From the NCBI GenBank assembly GCA_003246295.1, contig QKAS01000053.1:46948-110947 (forward strand): DNA of 64,000 bases. Reading direction: 5' to 3'. The notes under the pieces are model-generated. The model was not told the DNA's origin and did not search any database. It saw only the letters and a list, made by a program, of their open reading frames with translations. The translations under genes and the position numbers were made by a program. Positions 10,789 through 20,653 of the stretch are shown here, piece by piece. The DNA comes from Clostridia bacterium. Its GTDB lineage: Bacteria > Bacillota > Clostridia > Lachnospirales > Lachnospiraceae. How positions within the stretch are numbered: the stretch's first letter is position 1; each line of letters opens with the position of its first letter.

Positions 10789-11490
10789 ATGATGAGTCTT
10801 CAAAATAGTATTGTTGAGTTTGATAGAATAATTAAAACATTAAGAGGTGAGAATGGCTGTCCGTGGGATCGTGAACAGACACATACTAGTTTACGCCCGT
10901 GTGTCATGGAGGAAGCAGCTGAACTTCAAGCAGCAATACGTATTTATGAACAGACACAGGATGCTGGAAATATGAAAGAAGAGCTTGGAGATTTGTTACT
11001 TCAGGTGGTGATGCAGAGTGCAATTGCTGAAGAAGAAGGTCTTTTTACACTTGAGGAAGTAATTCAGGGAGTTCAGGAAAAAATGATAAGAAGGCATCCT
11101 CATGTATTTGGAGAAGCGAATGTAAATAATTCAGGAGAAGTGCTAAAAAATTGGGAAGAAATTAAGAAAAAAGAAAAAGAAACGCAAACATGGTCTTCAT
11201 CGCCATTAAGAGACATTCCAAAAGAATTACCTTCTTTGACAAGAGCAGTGAAAACATTGAAGAAAATTGATAAACTTTATGATAATGTATCGCCCATATC
11301 AAAGACAAAAGAAGAAATTTTAAAATCTGCAGAAAAGATTTCTATATGCGAAGGAAAAGAAAGTGAACTAATTTTCGAAGCGGGAAATTTGTTAGTTGCA
11401 TTATCAAAACTTGCAATGCAGATGCATCTGCCAACAGAGCAAATTCTAAATGATAGAATCGATGATATGATAGATCGATATGAATCATAA
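10789..11490 (+). CDS. mazG: MazG-family nucleoside triphosphate pyrophosphohydrolase (YabN-like)
   Basis: CPWDREQTHxSL and EEAAEL...ELGDLL MazG motifs. Confidence 0.88.
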   Translation: MMSLQNSIVEFDRIIKTLRGENGCPWDREQTHTSLRPCVMEEAAELQAAIRIYEQTQDAGNMKEELGDLLLQVVMQSAIAEEEGLFTLEEVIQGVQEKMIRRHPHVFGEANVNNSGEVLKNWEEIKKKEKETQTWSSSPLRDIPKELPSLTRAVKTLKKIDKLYDNVSPISKTKEEILKSAEKISICEGKESELIFEAGNLLVALSKLAMQMHLPTEQILNDRIDDMIDRYES

Positions 11491-11548
11491 TATTCATAAT
11501 TAAAACAGTACCAAATGACCAAAATATGCCTAAATAACCAATTCTTCC

Positions 11549-11577
11549 TTGACAAAGCAAGAAAAAGTGTCTATAAA
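11549..11577 (+). promoter_or_regulatory. sigmaA-type promoter for hup
   Basis: TTGACA (11549-11554), 17-nt spacer, TATAAA (11572-11577). Confidence 0.55.
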
Positions 11578-11649
11578 TATAGATAGGTGTTTTATTGGAA
11601 CGCTAAAAATTTGAATACAATATACTCGATATAAGAGGAGGAGTTCGAA

Positions 11650-11928
11650 ATGAACAAAACAGAATTAGTAGCAGCGATTGCTGATCAGGCAGAATTATCC
11701 AAAAAAGATGCAGAGAAAGCTTTAAAAGCATTTACAGATGTAGTTGCAGCAGAATTAAAAAAAGGTGAGAAAATCCAGTTAGTTGGATTTGGTACTTTTG
11801 AAGTATCTGAAAGAGCTGCCAGAGAAGGAAGAAATCCTCAGAGCGGAGAAGTTATGAAAATTGCTGCTTCCAAAGCTCCTAAATTTAAAGCTGGTAAGGC
11901 ATTAAAAGACTTAGTTAACGAAAAATAA
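11650..11928 (+). CDS. hup: HU-family DNA-binding protein
   Basis: 92 aa; MNKTELV..., GFGTFEV, RxGRNPQ(S/T)G arm motif; strong GGAGGAG RBS. Confidence 0.95.
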   Translation: MNKTELVAAIADQAELSKKDAEKALKAFTDVVAAELKKGEKIQLVGFGTFEVSERAAREGRNPQSGEVMKIAASKAPKFKAGKALKDLVNEK

Positions 11929-11951
11929 AATTCGTTGTAGAGTATGTATTT

Positions 11952-11997
11952 GAAGTTAGGCAGTTTCGTGGCAACGCGAATGCCTGACTTCTTTTTA
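11952..11997 (+). terminator. rho-independent terminator after hup
   Basis: gaagttaggca / tgcctgacttc stem (one G-U), T-run ctttttag. Confidence 0.75.
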
Positions 11998-12033
11998 GTT
12001 TGTAACAAAATGAAAATGAAAGAAAGGAAAATT

Positions 12034-12273
12034 ATGAGACTTGACAAATATTTAAAAGTATCACGTCTGATTAAGAGAAGAACCATTGCAAATGAAGCCT
12101 GTGATGCAGGAAGAGTACTTGTGAACGATAAAGAAGCAAAAGCATCTACAAATGTCAAAACAGGAGATACCATAACAATACAGTTTGGAAACAAAGAAGT
12201 GAAGGTAGAAGTTCTTGATATAGTTGAAACTACGAAAAAAGACGAAGCAAAAGAGTTATTCAAGTACATCTAG
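12034..12273 (+). CDS. yabO: S4-domain RNA-binding protein (YabO/Hsp15-like)
   Basis: 79 aa from MRLDKYLKVSRLIKRR (classic S4 N-terminus); the track start at 11944 runs through the hup terminator. Confidence 0.85.
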   Translation: MRLDKYLKVSRLIKRRTIANEACDAGRVLVNDKEAKASTNVKTGDTITIQFGNKEVKVEVLDIVETTKKDEAKELFKYI

Positions 12274-12377
12274 AGGGCATAGAATACATAATTAACCAGA
12301 GAAACAGTTGACGCAGACAATTAAAGTGGTTACAATAATGTTATGTAAACATTTCGGAATGAGAGGCGGCGACAAGG

Positions 12378-12680
12378 ATGTCAGGTAGAGTTGCAATTCG
12401 AAAAAGAAGACAGAATCGTCTTGGTATGCTTCTGGTCACAGTGGTTGTTTTGATGCTACTTTTAGTTGTTGCGGTTAAATGCATGGAGCTAAAACAGAAA
12501 CAGGCAATTTATCTTAGCAGGGAAGCACAACTGCAGGAACAGATTTCGGAACAGGAAGCACGAGCTGAAGAGATAGAAGAGTTTCGAAAATATACTAAGA
12601 CAAAAAAATATGCAGAAGAAGTAGCAAAAGATAAACTTGGACTTGTGAATGAGGATGAAATTATCTTTAAAGAAGAATAA
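12378..12680 (+). CDS. divIC: septum formation initiator, FtsB/DivIC family
   Basis: 100 aa; basic N-terminus, single TM, coiled coil, C-terminal AKDKLGLV motif; conserved position before tilS. Confidence 0.85.
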   Translation: MSGRVAIRKRRQNRLGMLLVTVVVLMLLLVVAVKCMELKQKQAIYLSREAQLQEQISEQEARAEEIEEFRKYTKTKKYAEEVAKDKLGLVNEDEIIFKEE

Positions 12681-12712
12681 ATGCGGAGAGCTTAGACTAT
12701 CCGCATTTTTTA
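12681..12712 (+). terminator. hairpin plus T-run directly abutting the tilS start
   Basis: atgcgga / tccgcat stem, 12-nt loop, TTTTTT. Confidence 0.55.
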
Positions 12713-12713
12713 T

Positions 12714-14150
12714 ATGGAGGAGGCTGTTGTGTATCAGAAGGTTCTCAACTATTGTAAAAAACATTCACTCATTGAAGTAAATGATAAAATTGTTGTCGGT
12801 ATATCCGGTGGTGCAGATTCGGTCTGTCTATTGACTGTTTTATGTGAAATGCGGGTGACAATGTCAATTCAGATACATGCTGTTCATGTAAATCATGGAA
12901 TTAGAATAGATGCTGAGAAAGATGTTGAATATGTAAAGTTATTATGTGATAGATTACAGGTTCCTCTTCATATAAAATATGTGAATATACCTAAGCTGAG
13001 TAAAGAACTACGAATTTCTACGGAAGAAGCTGGTAGAAGAGCCAGATATGATGCGTTTGAAGAAATTAGAGTACTTACTGACTCAGATAAAATTGCAGTA
13101 GCACATAATATGAATGATCAAGCAGAAACAGTACTTTTTCATTTATTCAGAGGGACAGGAATTAAAGGAATGTCAGGCATCAGACCAGCCAGAGATCATA
13201 TCATCAGACCATTACTGTGTGTAGAGAGGCTTGAAATTGAAGAGTATTTGAAAGAAATGGGATTGAAGTATCAGACAGATCAAAGTAATTATGAAGATGA
13301 TTATACAAGAAATAGAATTCGAAACCACTTGATTCCATTGGCAGAAGAGATGGTTTGTACAGGAATCGTACAACACATTAGTGAAACAGCAAGAATAGCA
13401 TTTCAAGCAGAAGAATATATTACAAAACAGGCTCAGCAGATTCATAAGAAAATTTCCAAGGAACAGAAAAATACCAAGCAAATCAGATATGAAATGAAAG
13501 AGTTACAGGAGCTTGATTCTATTTTACAAGTATATCTAATAAGAGAAGGCATATATCAGGTCCTAGGTACAATCACAGATATATCATCGGTACATTTAAC
13601 GCAAATCATTGAGTTGATGGACAAACAGGTCGGAAAGCAGATAATGTTACCGAATGGAATACGAGCCTATACTACGTATGATAGTTTGATGATTGTAGAT
13701 TCAAAATCAATCAAAACAGAGAAATATTCAAAACAAGTATGTAGTTCACTCTTTTCAAAAGACAACGAGCTGGAAATGATGCAATTGTATGAGTATGAGT
13801 TTGAACACTTTGGAAAGCTTGAATTAAGGCTTTTTATGCGTGATCAAGGGCAAATTATTCCCCAAAATTTGTATACGAAATGGTTTGATTATGATAAAAT
13901 AAAGAAATCCTTGCAAGTAAGAAGCAGAAAGCAAGGCGATTATCTGATCGTGGATGAAAAAGGCAGTCGTAAGTCGTTAAAACAGTATATGATCGATGAA
14001 AAAATTCCCAGAGAAGAAAGAAATCAACTCCTAATACTGTCAGATGAAGATCATGTCGTCTGGATTCCGGGATATCGAATCAGCCAATACTATAAAATTG
14101 AAGATCAGACAAAAAAAATATTAGAAGTTAAGTTAACAGGAGGAATTTAG
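12714..14150 (+). CDS. tilS: tRNA(Ile)-lysidine synthetase
   Basis: PP-loop SGGADS; typical length. Alternative in-frame GTG start at 12729 sits behind GGAGGAGG and may be the real start. Confidence 0.9.
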   Translation: MEEAVVYQKVLNYCKKHSLIEVNDKIVVGISGGADSVCLLTVLCEMRVTMSIQIHAVHVNHGIRIDAEKDVEYVKLLCDRLQVPLHIKYVNIPKLSKELRISTEEAGRRARYDAFEEIRVLTDSDKIAVAHNMNDQAETVLFHLFRGTGIKGMSGIRPARDHIIRPLLCVERLEIEEYLKEMGLKYQTDQSNYEDDYTRNRIRNHLIPLAEEMVCTGIVQHISETARIAFQAEEYITKQAQQIHKKISKEQKNTKQIRYEMKELQELDSILQVYLIREGIYQVLGTITDISSVHLTQIIELMDKQVGKQIMLPNGIRAYTTYDSLMIVDSKSIKTEKYSKQVCSSLFSKDNELEMMQLYEYEFEHFGKLELRLFMRDQGQIIPQNLYTKWFDYDKIKKSLQVRSRKQGDYLIVDEKGSRKSLKQYMIDEKIPREERNQLLILSDEDHVVWIPGYRISQYYKIEDQTKKILEVKLTGGI

Positions 14151-14152
14151 TT

Positions 14153-14677
14153 ATGGCAGAGCATGTTAGAATAATGCTAAGCGAAGAAGAGGTAAATCAA
14201 AAAATCCAACAGATAGGAAAACAGATTAGTGAAGACTATGCCGGGAAACAAGTGCATCTTGTATGTGTCTTAAAAGGTGGCGTTTTTTTTATGTGTGAAC
14301 TTGCAAAAAGAATTACAGTTCCAGTATCAATGGATTTCATGTGTGTATCCAGTTATGGAAGTGAAACAAAATCCAGTGGTGTAGTAAAAATAGTCAAAGA
14401 TCTTGATGAACCTCTTGATCATAAAGATGTATTGATTGTTGAAGATATTATTGATTCAGGAAGGACGCTTAGTTATTTAATTGAAATGCTAAAAAAGAGG
14501 GAGCCAGAAAGCATCCGTGTCTGCACTCTTCTTGATAAGCCAGAGAGACGAGTTGTTGATGTAAACGTGGACTATACCTGTTTTGAAATACCAGATGAGT
14601 TTGTAATTGGTTACGGACTTGATTATGATCAGAGATATCGAAATCTGCCATATATTGGTGTTGTTGAATTCGATTAA
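14153..14677 (+). CDS. hpt: hypoxanthine phosphoribosyltransferase
   Basis: 174 aa; PRPP-binding motif VLIVEDIIDSGRTL. Confidence 0.95.
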   Translation: MAEHVRIMLSEEEVNQKIQQIGKQISEDYAGKQVHLVCVLKGGVFFMCELAKRITVPVSMDFMCVSSYGSETKSSGVVKIVKDLDEPLDHKDVLIVEDIIDSGRTLSYLIEMLKKREPESIRVCTLLDKPERRVVDVNVDYTCFEIPDEFVIGYGLDYDQRYRNLPYIGVVEFD

Positions 14678-14688
14678 GGAGGCTTGTA

Positions 14689-16497
14689 TTGAATAGGACA
14701 GGAAAAGGACTTAACCTTTATTTTGTTATTATAATTGCCCTTCTGCTTATTACAGTTTGGATCAGTTCACTGAGTAATAATGAGGAGGACTATACCTATA
14801 GTGAGTTCTTACAGGAACTTGAAGCTGGAAGTATTAAAGATATTGTTATACAACCAAATAAAGAAACACCAACAGGCGCCTTATTGCTTACCATGGAAGA
14901 TGGGGAAGAAAAGGTACTATATGTTTCTGATGTAACCAAAATTGAAGATTTGCTGACGAAACACAATATATCACCGGTGCTTAAGGATGTTCCTCAGGAA
15001 AATTGGTTCATAACTTCTATTCTTCCCATCATTGTAATGCTTGTGATTGGTGTTTTCCTTTTTACCATGATGAATGCAAATAATGCTGGTGGCGGTGGCG
15101 GAAAAATGATGAATTTTGGCAAAAGTCGTGCCAGACTTGCGGCAGGCGAAAACAAAATCACATTGAAAGACGTTGCAGGACTCAAAGAAGAAAAAGAAGA
15201 GCTTGAAGAAATTGTTGAGTTTTTGAAAGAACCATCAAAATTTACTCGAGTTGGTGCTCGTATCCCCAAAGGAGTGCTGTTGGAAGGCGCACCTGGTACA
15301 GGGAAAACCCTCCTGGCAAAAGCAATTGCTGGAGAGGCAAGTGTTCCATTTTTTAGTATTTCAGGATCCGATTTTGTAGAAATGTTTGTAGGTGTAGGCG
15401 CATCCAGAGTTAGGGACCTATTTGCAGAAGCAAAAAAGAATTCTCCTTGTATTATATTTATAGATGAAATAGATGCTGTTGCCAGACGAAGAGGTACTGG
15501 TATGGGTGGCGGACATGATGAGCGTGAACAGACTCTGAATCAACTACTTGTTGAAATGGATGGATTTGGTGTTAATGAAGGGATTATTGTCATGGCAGCA
15601 ACGAACAGAGTTGATATACTTGATCCAGCTATTTTACGACCAGGACGTTTTGATAGAAAAATCAGTGTAGGAACACCGGATGTTGGTGGAAGAGAAGAAA
15701 TATTAAAAGTTCATGTAAAAAACAAACCACTTGCAGACGATGTTGATTTAAAACAGGTTGCGCAAACGACAGCTGGTTTTACAGGGGCTGATCTTGAAAA
15801 TTTATTAAATGAAGCAGCTATTTGTGCAGCAAAGGAAACCCGGAACTTTATTAAGCAAGAAGATATTAAAAGTGCTTTTATTAAGGTTGGAATTGGATCT
15901 GAAAAAAGAAGTCGTATTATTTCAGAAAAAGAAAAGAAAATTACTGCATATCATGAAGCGGGACATGCAATTCTATTTCATGTTCTTCCAGAAGTGGGAC
16001 CAGTGTATACTGTTTCTATCATACCAACTGGATTAGGTGCTGCTGGTTATACAATGCCATTGCCAGAACGAGATGAAATGTTTAACACAAAGGGACGTAT
16101 GTTGCAGGAAATTATGGTTTCACTTGGTGGAAGGATTGCAGAAGAGCTCATTTTTGACGATATTACAACTGGTGCATCTAGTGATATAAAACGAGCTACA
16201 AAACTGGCAAGAAAAATGGTGACCAGATTCGGTATGTCTCAGAATATAGGTGTTATAAACTATGATGATGATGATGATGAAGTGTTTATAGGACGCGATC
16301 TTGCACATACAAGAAGCCATAGTGAGTCAATTGCTGGAGAAATAGACAGAGAAGTAAAAGTATTGATTGATGATTGTTACGTAAGAGCCAAAAAAGTCAT
16401 TATGGAGCATGAATCAGTTCTCCATAAATGTGCAACGCTATTACTTGAGAAAGAGAAAATCACGAGGGTTGAATTCGAAGAATTATTCGAAGGATAA
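14689..16497 (+). CDS. ftsH: ATP-dependent zinc metalloprotease FtsH
   Basis: Walker A GAPGTGKT, Walker [17 protein letters not shown] zinc site; TTG start after AAGGAGG. Confidence 0.97.
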   Translation: MNRTGKGLNLYFVIIIALLLITVWISSLSNNEEDYTYSEFLQELEAGSIKDIVIQPNKETPTGALLLTMEDGEEKVLYVSDVTKIEDLLTKHNISPVLKDVPQENWFITSILPIIVMLVIGVFLFTMMNANNAGGGGGKMMNFGKSRARLAAGENKITLKDVAGLKEEKEELEEIVEFLKEPSKFTRVGARIPKGVLLEGAPGTGKTLLAKAIAGEASVPFFSISGSDFVEMFVGVGASRVRDLFAEAKKNSPCIIFIDEIDAVARRRGTGMGGGHDEREQTLNQLLVEMDGFGVNEGIIVMAATNRVDILDPAILRPGRFDRKISVGTPDVGGREEILKVHVKNKPLADDVDLKQVAQTTAGFTGADLENLLNEAAICAAKETRNFIKQEDIKSAFIKVGIGSEKRSRIISEKEKKITAYHEAGHAILFHVLPEVGPVYTVSIIPTGLGAAGYTMPLPERDEMFNTKGRMLQEIMVSLGGRIAEELIFDDITTGASSDIKRATKLARKMVTRFGMSQNIGVINYDDDDDEVFIGRDLAHTRSHSESIAGEIDREVKVLIDDCYVRAKKVIMEHESVLHKCATLLLEKEKITRVEFEELFEG

Positions 16498-16844
16498 TTG
16501 TGAAAAATACACAAAAACAATGATTCGATTTTGTAAACTTTGTGAATCATGAGAATAGACGATAGAGAGTCACTTTGCTATAATACATCTTGTAACCCCC
16601 CCCAATACGTTATATAGTTTTTTGCTATACCCCATAAGAAGAAATACCTTCTCTAAAAAGGACAGCCATCGTGATGCTGTCCTTTTTACTTTCTCAAAAT
16701 TTTACGATAGAAAGTATTGTCTAAGAAGGTTGTGTACTATATGATAGTTTCATATCTAGTATTATAATGTTGAAATGCATGAATTCTGTATTCCAAATAA
16801 TGATGATTTCAATTTGCTTTTGAGTACGGCAAAGAGGTAATAAT

Positions 16845-18971
16845 ATGAATTTTCAGCAATTAATTAAAAACGAAGAACAGGATTACATTAACAGAATGCG
16901 ACCTGTGATCAATATAAAGGCACTTTTTAGCGATATGACGGATGATTATGTATTTCCAAGTGAACCAGAACCAGACCAACATGTCAGAATCCGTTTTAGA
17001 ACAAAAAAGAATAATGTGGATGGAGTATATCTGGTATGCACTGGTTATAAGACGAAGATGCAACTTAAGTCTTCAGACGACGTATTTGATTACTTTGAAT
17101 CAAAGGTTTATGTAGGTAGAACTAAATTCACATATTGCTTTGAAATACGTGTTGGAAGGCTTGTTTATTTTTATGATAAACGTGGTGCACACAAAGAGAT
17201 GATTGAACATTACAAATTTGCACTACTTCCAGGATTTAAAACACCAGACTGGTCAAAAGGTGCAGTCATGTATCAGATTTTTGTAGATCGCTTTTTTAAT
17301 GGAGATCCGTCAAATGATGTTTTGACTGGTGAATATAATTACATTGGTGGAAACACGGTTAAAGTTTATAATTGGAATAAATATCCAGATAAATTTGGGA
17401 TCAGAGAATTTTATGGTGGTGATCTTCAGGGTGTTTTAGATAAACTTGATTATCTACAGTCTTTAGGAATTGATGTCATTTATTTTAATCCGCTTTTTGT
17501 ATCGCCATCTAATCATAAGTATGACATACAAGATTATGATTACATAGATCCACACTTTGGTAAAATTGTTAAGGATAGCGGGACACTATTAAATCCTGAA
17601 AAATCAGACAATCGAGAAGCAACCAGATATATCAGAAGAGTTACAGATCGTGAAAATCTTGAAGCCAGTAATCGCTTTTTTGCAGATGTTGTAAAAGAAA
17701 TACATAGGAGAGGAATGAAAGTAATCCTTGACGGTGTTTTTAATCATTGTGGGTCTTTTAATAAGTGGATTGACAGAGAACAGATATATAGCAAGGAAGA
17801 AGGATATGAAAAGGGTGCTTACGTTGATGCATCAAGTCCTTATCGTAATTTTTTCAAATTTCATGACGAATCAAAATGGCCTTACAATCATACTTATGAT
17901 GGTTGGTGGGGGCATGATACCCTTCCAAAGTTAAATTATGAAGGATCTGAAGAATTATATGAATACATTTTATCTGTTGCCGCAAAATGGGTTAGTGCAC
18001 CGTTTCATATTGATGGCTGGAGACTAGATGTTGCTGCTGATCTTGGATTTTCACCTGAAATGAATCATCAATTCTGGAAGGATTTCAAAATTGCAGTAAA
18101 GAATGCGAATCCAGATGCTTTGATTTTGGCTGAACACTATGGAGATCCTTCATCCTGGCTTCAGGGCGATGAGTGGGATAGTATTATGAATTATGATGCA
18201 TTTATGGAACCTATTACCTGGTTTTTAACTGGAATGCAAAAGCATAGCGACGATTATCGTGAGGATCTGCATGGGAATGCAGGAGTGTTTTGGGATACGA
18301 TGAGGCATAATATGGCTAATTTTACCATGCCTTCATTATTCTCGGCGATGAATGAATTATCAAATCATGATCATTCGAGATTTCTAACAAGAACGAATAA
18401 AAAAGTAGGAAGAACAGATACACTAGGTCCTGATGCAGCAAATCATAATATTAAGAAGGAAGTGTTTAGAGAGGCTGTTGTGATGCAAATGACATGGCCT
18501 GGTTCTCCTACGATTTATTATGGAGATGAGGCCGGACTATGTGGATTTACAGATCCTGATAATAGAAGAACTTATCCTTGGGGCGAGGAAGATCTTGAAC
18601 TTATCAATTTGCATAAAGAAATGATCAGAATACATAAAAACAATTTTGAACTACGTAGAGGTTCGTTGAAAGAACTCTATGGAGATGATAACATCATTTC
18701 ATATGGACGATTTACTTCGGAAGAGCAGAGTATCATTATAGTAAATAATAATGAAGAGGAAAGATATCTGGAAATACCAGCCTGGCTTACTGGAATGCCT
18801 AAAGAATGTACACTGGAACAACTCATTATAACAGGAAAAGAAGGTCATTCCACACAATGGAGAAGTTATCCGGTACTGGAAGGAATTCTAAGTATTTCAA
18901 TGTTACCGACCTCATCCATTATTTTAAAACACAAAAAAATAAATCGTAAAAAATTCTTGCATTTCACATAA
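16845..18971 (+). CDS. GH13 alpha-amylase-family enzyme (neopullulanase/cyclomaltodextrinase-like), cytoplasmic
   Basis: GH13 regions I-IV: DGVFNHCG, GWRLDVAADL, ILAEHYG, LSNHDHSRF; no signal peptide. Confidence 0.88.
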   Translation: MNFQQLIKNEEQDYINRMRPVINIKALFSDMTDDYVFPSEPEPDQHVRIRFRTKKNNVDGVYLVCTGYKTKMQLKSSDDVFDYFESKVYVGRTKFTYCFEIRVGRLVYFYDKRGAHKEMIEHYKFALLPGFKTPDWSKGAVMYQIFVDRFFNGDPSNDVLTGEYNYIGGNTVKVYNWNKYPDKFGIREFYGGDLQGVLDKLDYLQSLGIDVIYFNPLFVSPSNHKYDIQDYDYIDPHFGKIVKDSGTLLNPEKSDNREATRYIRRVTDRENLEASNRFFADVVKEIHRRGMKVILDGVFNHCGSFNKWIDREQIYSKEEGYEKGAYVDASSPYRNFFKFHDESKWPYNHTYDGWWGHDTLPKLNYEGSEELYEYILSVAAKWVSAPFHIDGWRLDVAADLGFSPEMNHQFWKDFKIAVKNANPDALILAEHYGDPSSWLQGDEWDSIMNYDAFMEPITWFLTGMQKHSDDYREDLHGNAGVFWDTMRHNMANFTMPSLFSAMNELSNHDHSRFLTRTNKKVGRTDTLGPDAANHNIKKEVFREAVVMQMTWPGSPTIYYGDEAGLCGFTDPDNRRTYPWGEEDLELINLHKEMIRIHKNNFELRRGSLKELYGDDNIISYGRFTSEEQSIIIVNNNEEERYLEIPAWLTGMPKECTLEQLIITGKEGHSTQWRSYPVLEGILSISMLPTSSIILKHKKINRKKFLHFT

Positions 18972-19038
18972 AAATATGATATAACTTTATATTGTCAGGG
19001 TTGATCGAACAATCAGAATTTTAGGTCAGCAGCCATAT

Positions 19039-19120
19039 GGATGGATTCCCGAGTGGCCAAAGGGGGCAGACTGTAAATCTGTTGGCAGCGCCTTCGAAGG
19101 TTCGAATCCTTCTCCATCCA
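19039..19120 (+). tRNA. tRNA-Tyr (GTA)
   Basis: Acceptor GGATGGA/TCCATCC, anticodon loop CTGTAAA, long variable arm, T-loop GGTTCGAATCC; no encoded CCA. Confidence 0.9.
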
Positions 19121-19132
19121 TTGTAATGCATT

Positions 19133-19218
19133 GCCGGCGTGGCGGAACTGGCAGACGCACAGGACTTAAAATCCTGCGGGACTAATCTCCCGTACCGGTT
19201 CGATTCCGGTCGCCGGCA
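19133..19218 (+). tRNA. tRNA-Leu (TAA)
   Basis: Acceptor GCCGGCG/CGCCGGC, anticodon loop CTTAAAA, long variable arm, T-loop GGTTCGATTCC. Confidence 0.9.
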
Positions 19219-19242
19219 GTATGATGTGAAACAAGGATAATT

Positions 19243-19315
<73 letters not shown>

Positions 19316-19327
19316 CTAAGTAAATAT

Positions 19328-19398
19328 GCGGGTGTAGTTCAATGGTAGAACACTAGCCTTCCAAGCTAGATACGTGGGTTCGATTCCCATCACCCGCT
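19328..19398 (+). tRNA. tRNA-Gly (TCC)
   Basis: Acceptor GCGGGTG/CACCCGC, anticodon loop CTTCCAA, T-loop GGTTCGATTCC. Confidence 0.9.
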
Positions 19399-19413
19399 CT
19401 TAATTTCATATAT

Positions 19414-19486
19414 GCGATAGTGGCTCAGTTGGTAGAGCACCTCCTTGCCAAGGAGGAAGTCGCGAGTTCGAGTCTCGTCTATCGCT
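19414..19486 (+). tRNA. tRNA-Gly (GCC)
   Basis: Acceptor GCGATAG/CTATCGC, anticodon loop TTGCCAA, T-loop AGTTCGAGTCT. Confidence 0.9.
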
Positions 19487-19491
19487 CTTTT

Positions 19492-19520
19492 AAAAACCTT
19501 GATATTTCAAGGTTTTTTTG
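19492..19520 (+). terminator. rho-independent terminator closing the tRNA cluster
   Basis: ccttga tatt tcaagg hairpin flanked by A-run and TTTTTTT. Confidence 0.75.
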
Positions 19521-19547
19521 TTATATGGGTAGACAAACATATCACAG

Positions 19548-20306
19548 ATGGAGGAAGCAATGAGAAAAACATTAGAATTTGCAATAAAACAGACAATACC
19601 AGTATTTTGTGGTTATATTTTCCTTGGAATTGCATTCGGACTATTGCTTCAAAAAGCAGGATATTCATTTTTATGGGCATTTTTAATTAGTCTTTTAGTA
19701 TATGCAGGCTCTATGCAGTTTGTTTTAGTAGGATTACTTGCAGGAGGTGCTTCTTTACCTACTGTAGGGATTATGACACTTATGATTAATAGTAGGCATA
19801 TTTTCTATGGACTTTCATTTATTGAAAAATTTAAAAGGATGGGAAGAAAATATTTATATATGATTTTTTCGCTGACAGATGAAACTTATTCTGTGCTTTG
19901 TTCTGTTAAGGTACCAAATGAGATGGACGAGAAGAGAGTATTTTTCATGATATCACTTCTTGATCAGATTTATTGGATTATGGGATCTGTAATAGGTGCA
20001 CTGATTGGAGAAAAGATTCCTTTTAATTCTAAAGGGATAGATTTTGCAATGACGGCATTGTTTATTGTTATTTTTATTGAACAATGGAAAGATTCTAAAA
20101 CACATATTCCTGCGCTGTCTGGAATAGTATCATCTATATTATTTTTAATTATAATGGGTCCGGATTCATTTTTAATGCCCGCCTTAATTACGGTGGTTTT
20201 AATACTGTTAATGGGTAAGCGTAAAATTGTTAAGAAAATCGATTATGATAAGAAACTATCAGAGAAGAGCGAATTGTACGAGAGTAGACAGGAGGAAATG
20301 ATATGA
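19548..20306 (+). CDS. azlC: AzlC-family branched-chain amino acid permease subunit
   Basis: 252 aa polytopic membrane protein, paired and overlapping with a small AzlD-like gene. Confidence 0.8.
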   Translation: MEEAMRKTLEFAIKQTIPVFCGYIFLGIAFGLLLQKAGYSFLWAFLISLLVYAGSMQFVLVGLLAGGASLPTVGIMTLMINSRHIFYGLSFIEKFKRMGRKYLYMIFSLTDETYSVLCSVKVPNEMDEKRVFFMISLLDQIYWIMGSVIGALIGEKIPFNSKGIDFAMTALFIVIFIEQWKDSKTHIPALSGIVSSILFLIIMGPDSFLMPALITVVLILLMGKRKIVKKIDYDKKLSEKSELYESRQEEMI

Positions 20307-20653
20307 ACAGTCTGAATACAGCTGCAATTGTTTTTTTGGCGGCAATATGTACATTTGCAACAAGAATTACCCCCTTTTTACTATTTGGCTCTAAAAAGGG
20401 GGTACCAGATTCAGTCAGCTATCTGGGTAAGATACTTCCTGCTGCAATTATGGGAGTATTGATTATCTACTGTCTTAAGAACGTATCATTTACATCAATG
20501 CCATTTGGAATTCCTGAAATTTTTGCGAGCAGTCTGGTAATTTTTTTACATCTTTGGAAAAGAAATACACTACTAAGCATTGCTGGTGGTACGATTCTAT
20601 ATATGCTAATGGTTCAAAACTTTTTTGATTCTTTATTTTACTTTTTTATGTAA
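20303..20653 (+). CDS. azlD: AzlD-family branched-chain amino acid transport protein
   Basis: 116 aa, 4 TM, ATGA overlap with azlC. Confidence 0.75.
   Translation: MNSLNTAAIVFLAAICTFATRITPFLLFGSKKGVPDSVSYLGKILPAAIMGVLIIYCLKNVSFTSMPFGIPEIFASSLVIFLHLWKRNTLLSIAGGTILYMLMVQNFFDSLFYFFM

Noticed and set aside
11838-12269. 143-aa minus-strand ORF antisense to hup/yabO
   Set aside because: It lies fully antisense to two well-supported genes and a terminator; the product is low-complexity S/F/L-rich and there is no RBS.
16262-16279. (GAT)5-GAA trinucleotide run in ftsH, a possible slippage tract
   Set aside because: It is in-frame and encodes DDDDDE in a variable C-terminal region. Triplet slippage would not shift the frame, and there is no evidence of phase variation.
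19445-19690. 81-aa ORF starting inside tRNA-Gly(GCC)
   Set aside because: It overlaps a tRNA, its terminator and the start of azlC in another frame; there is no RBS.
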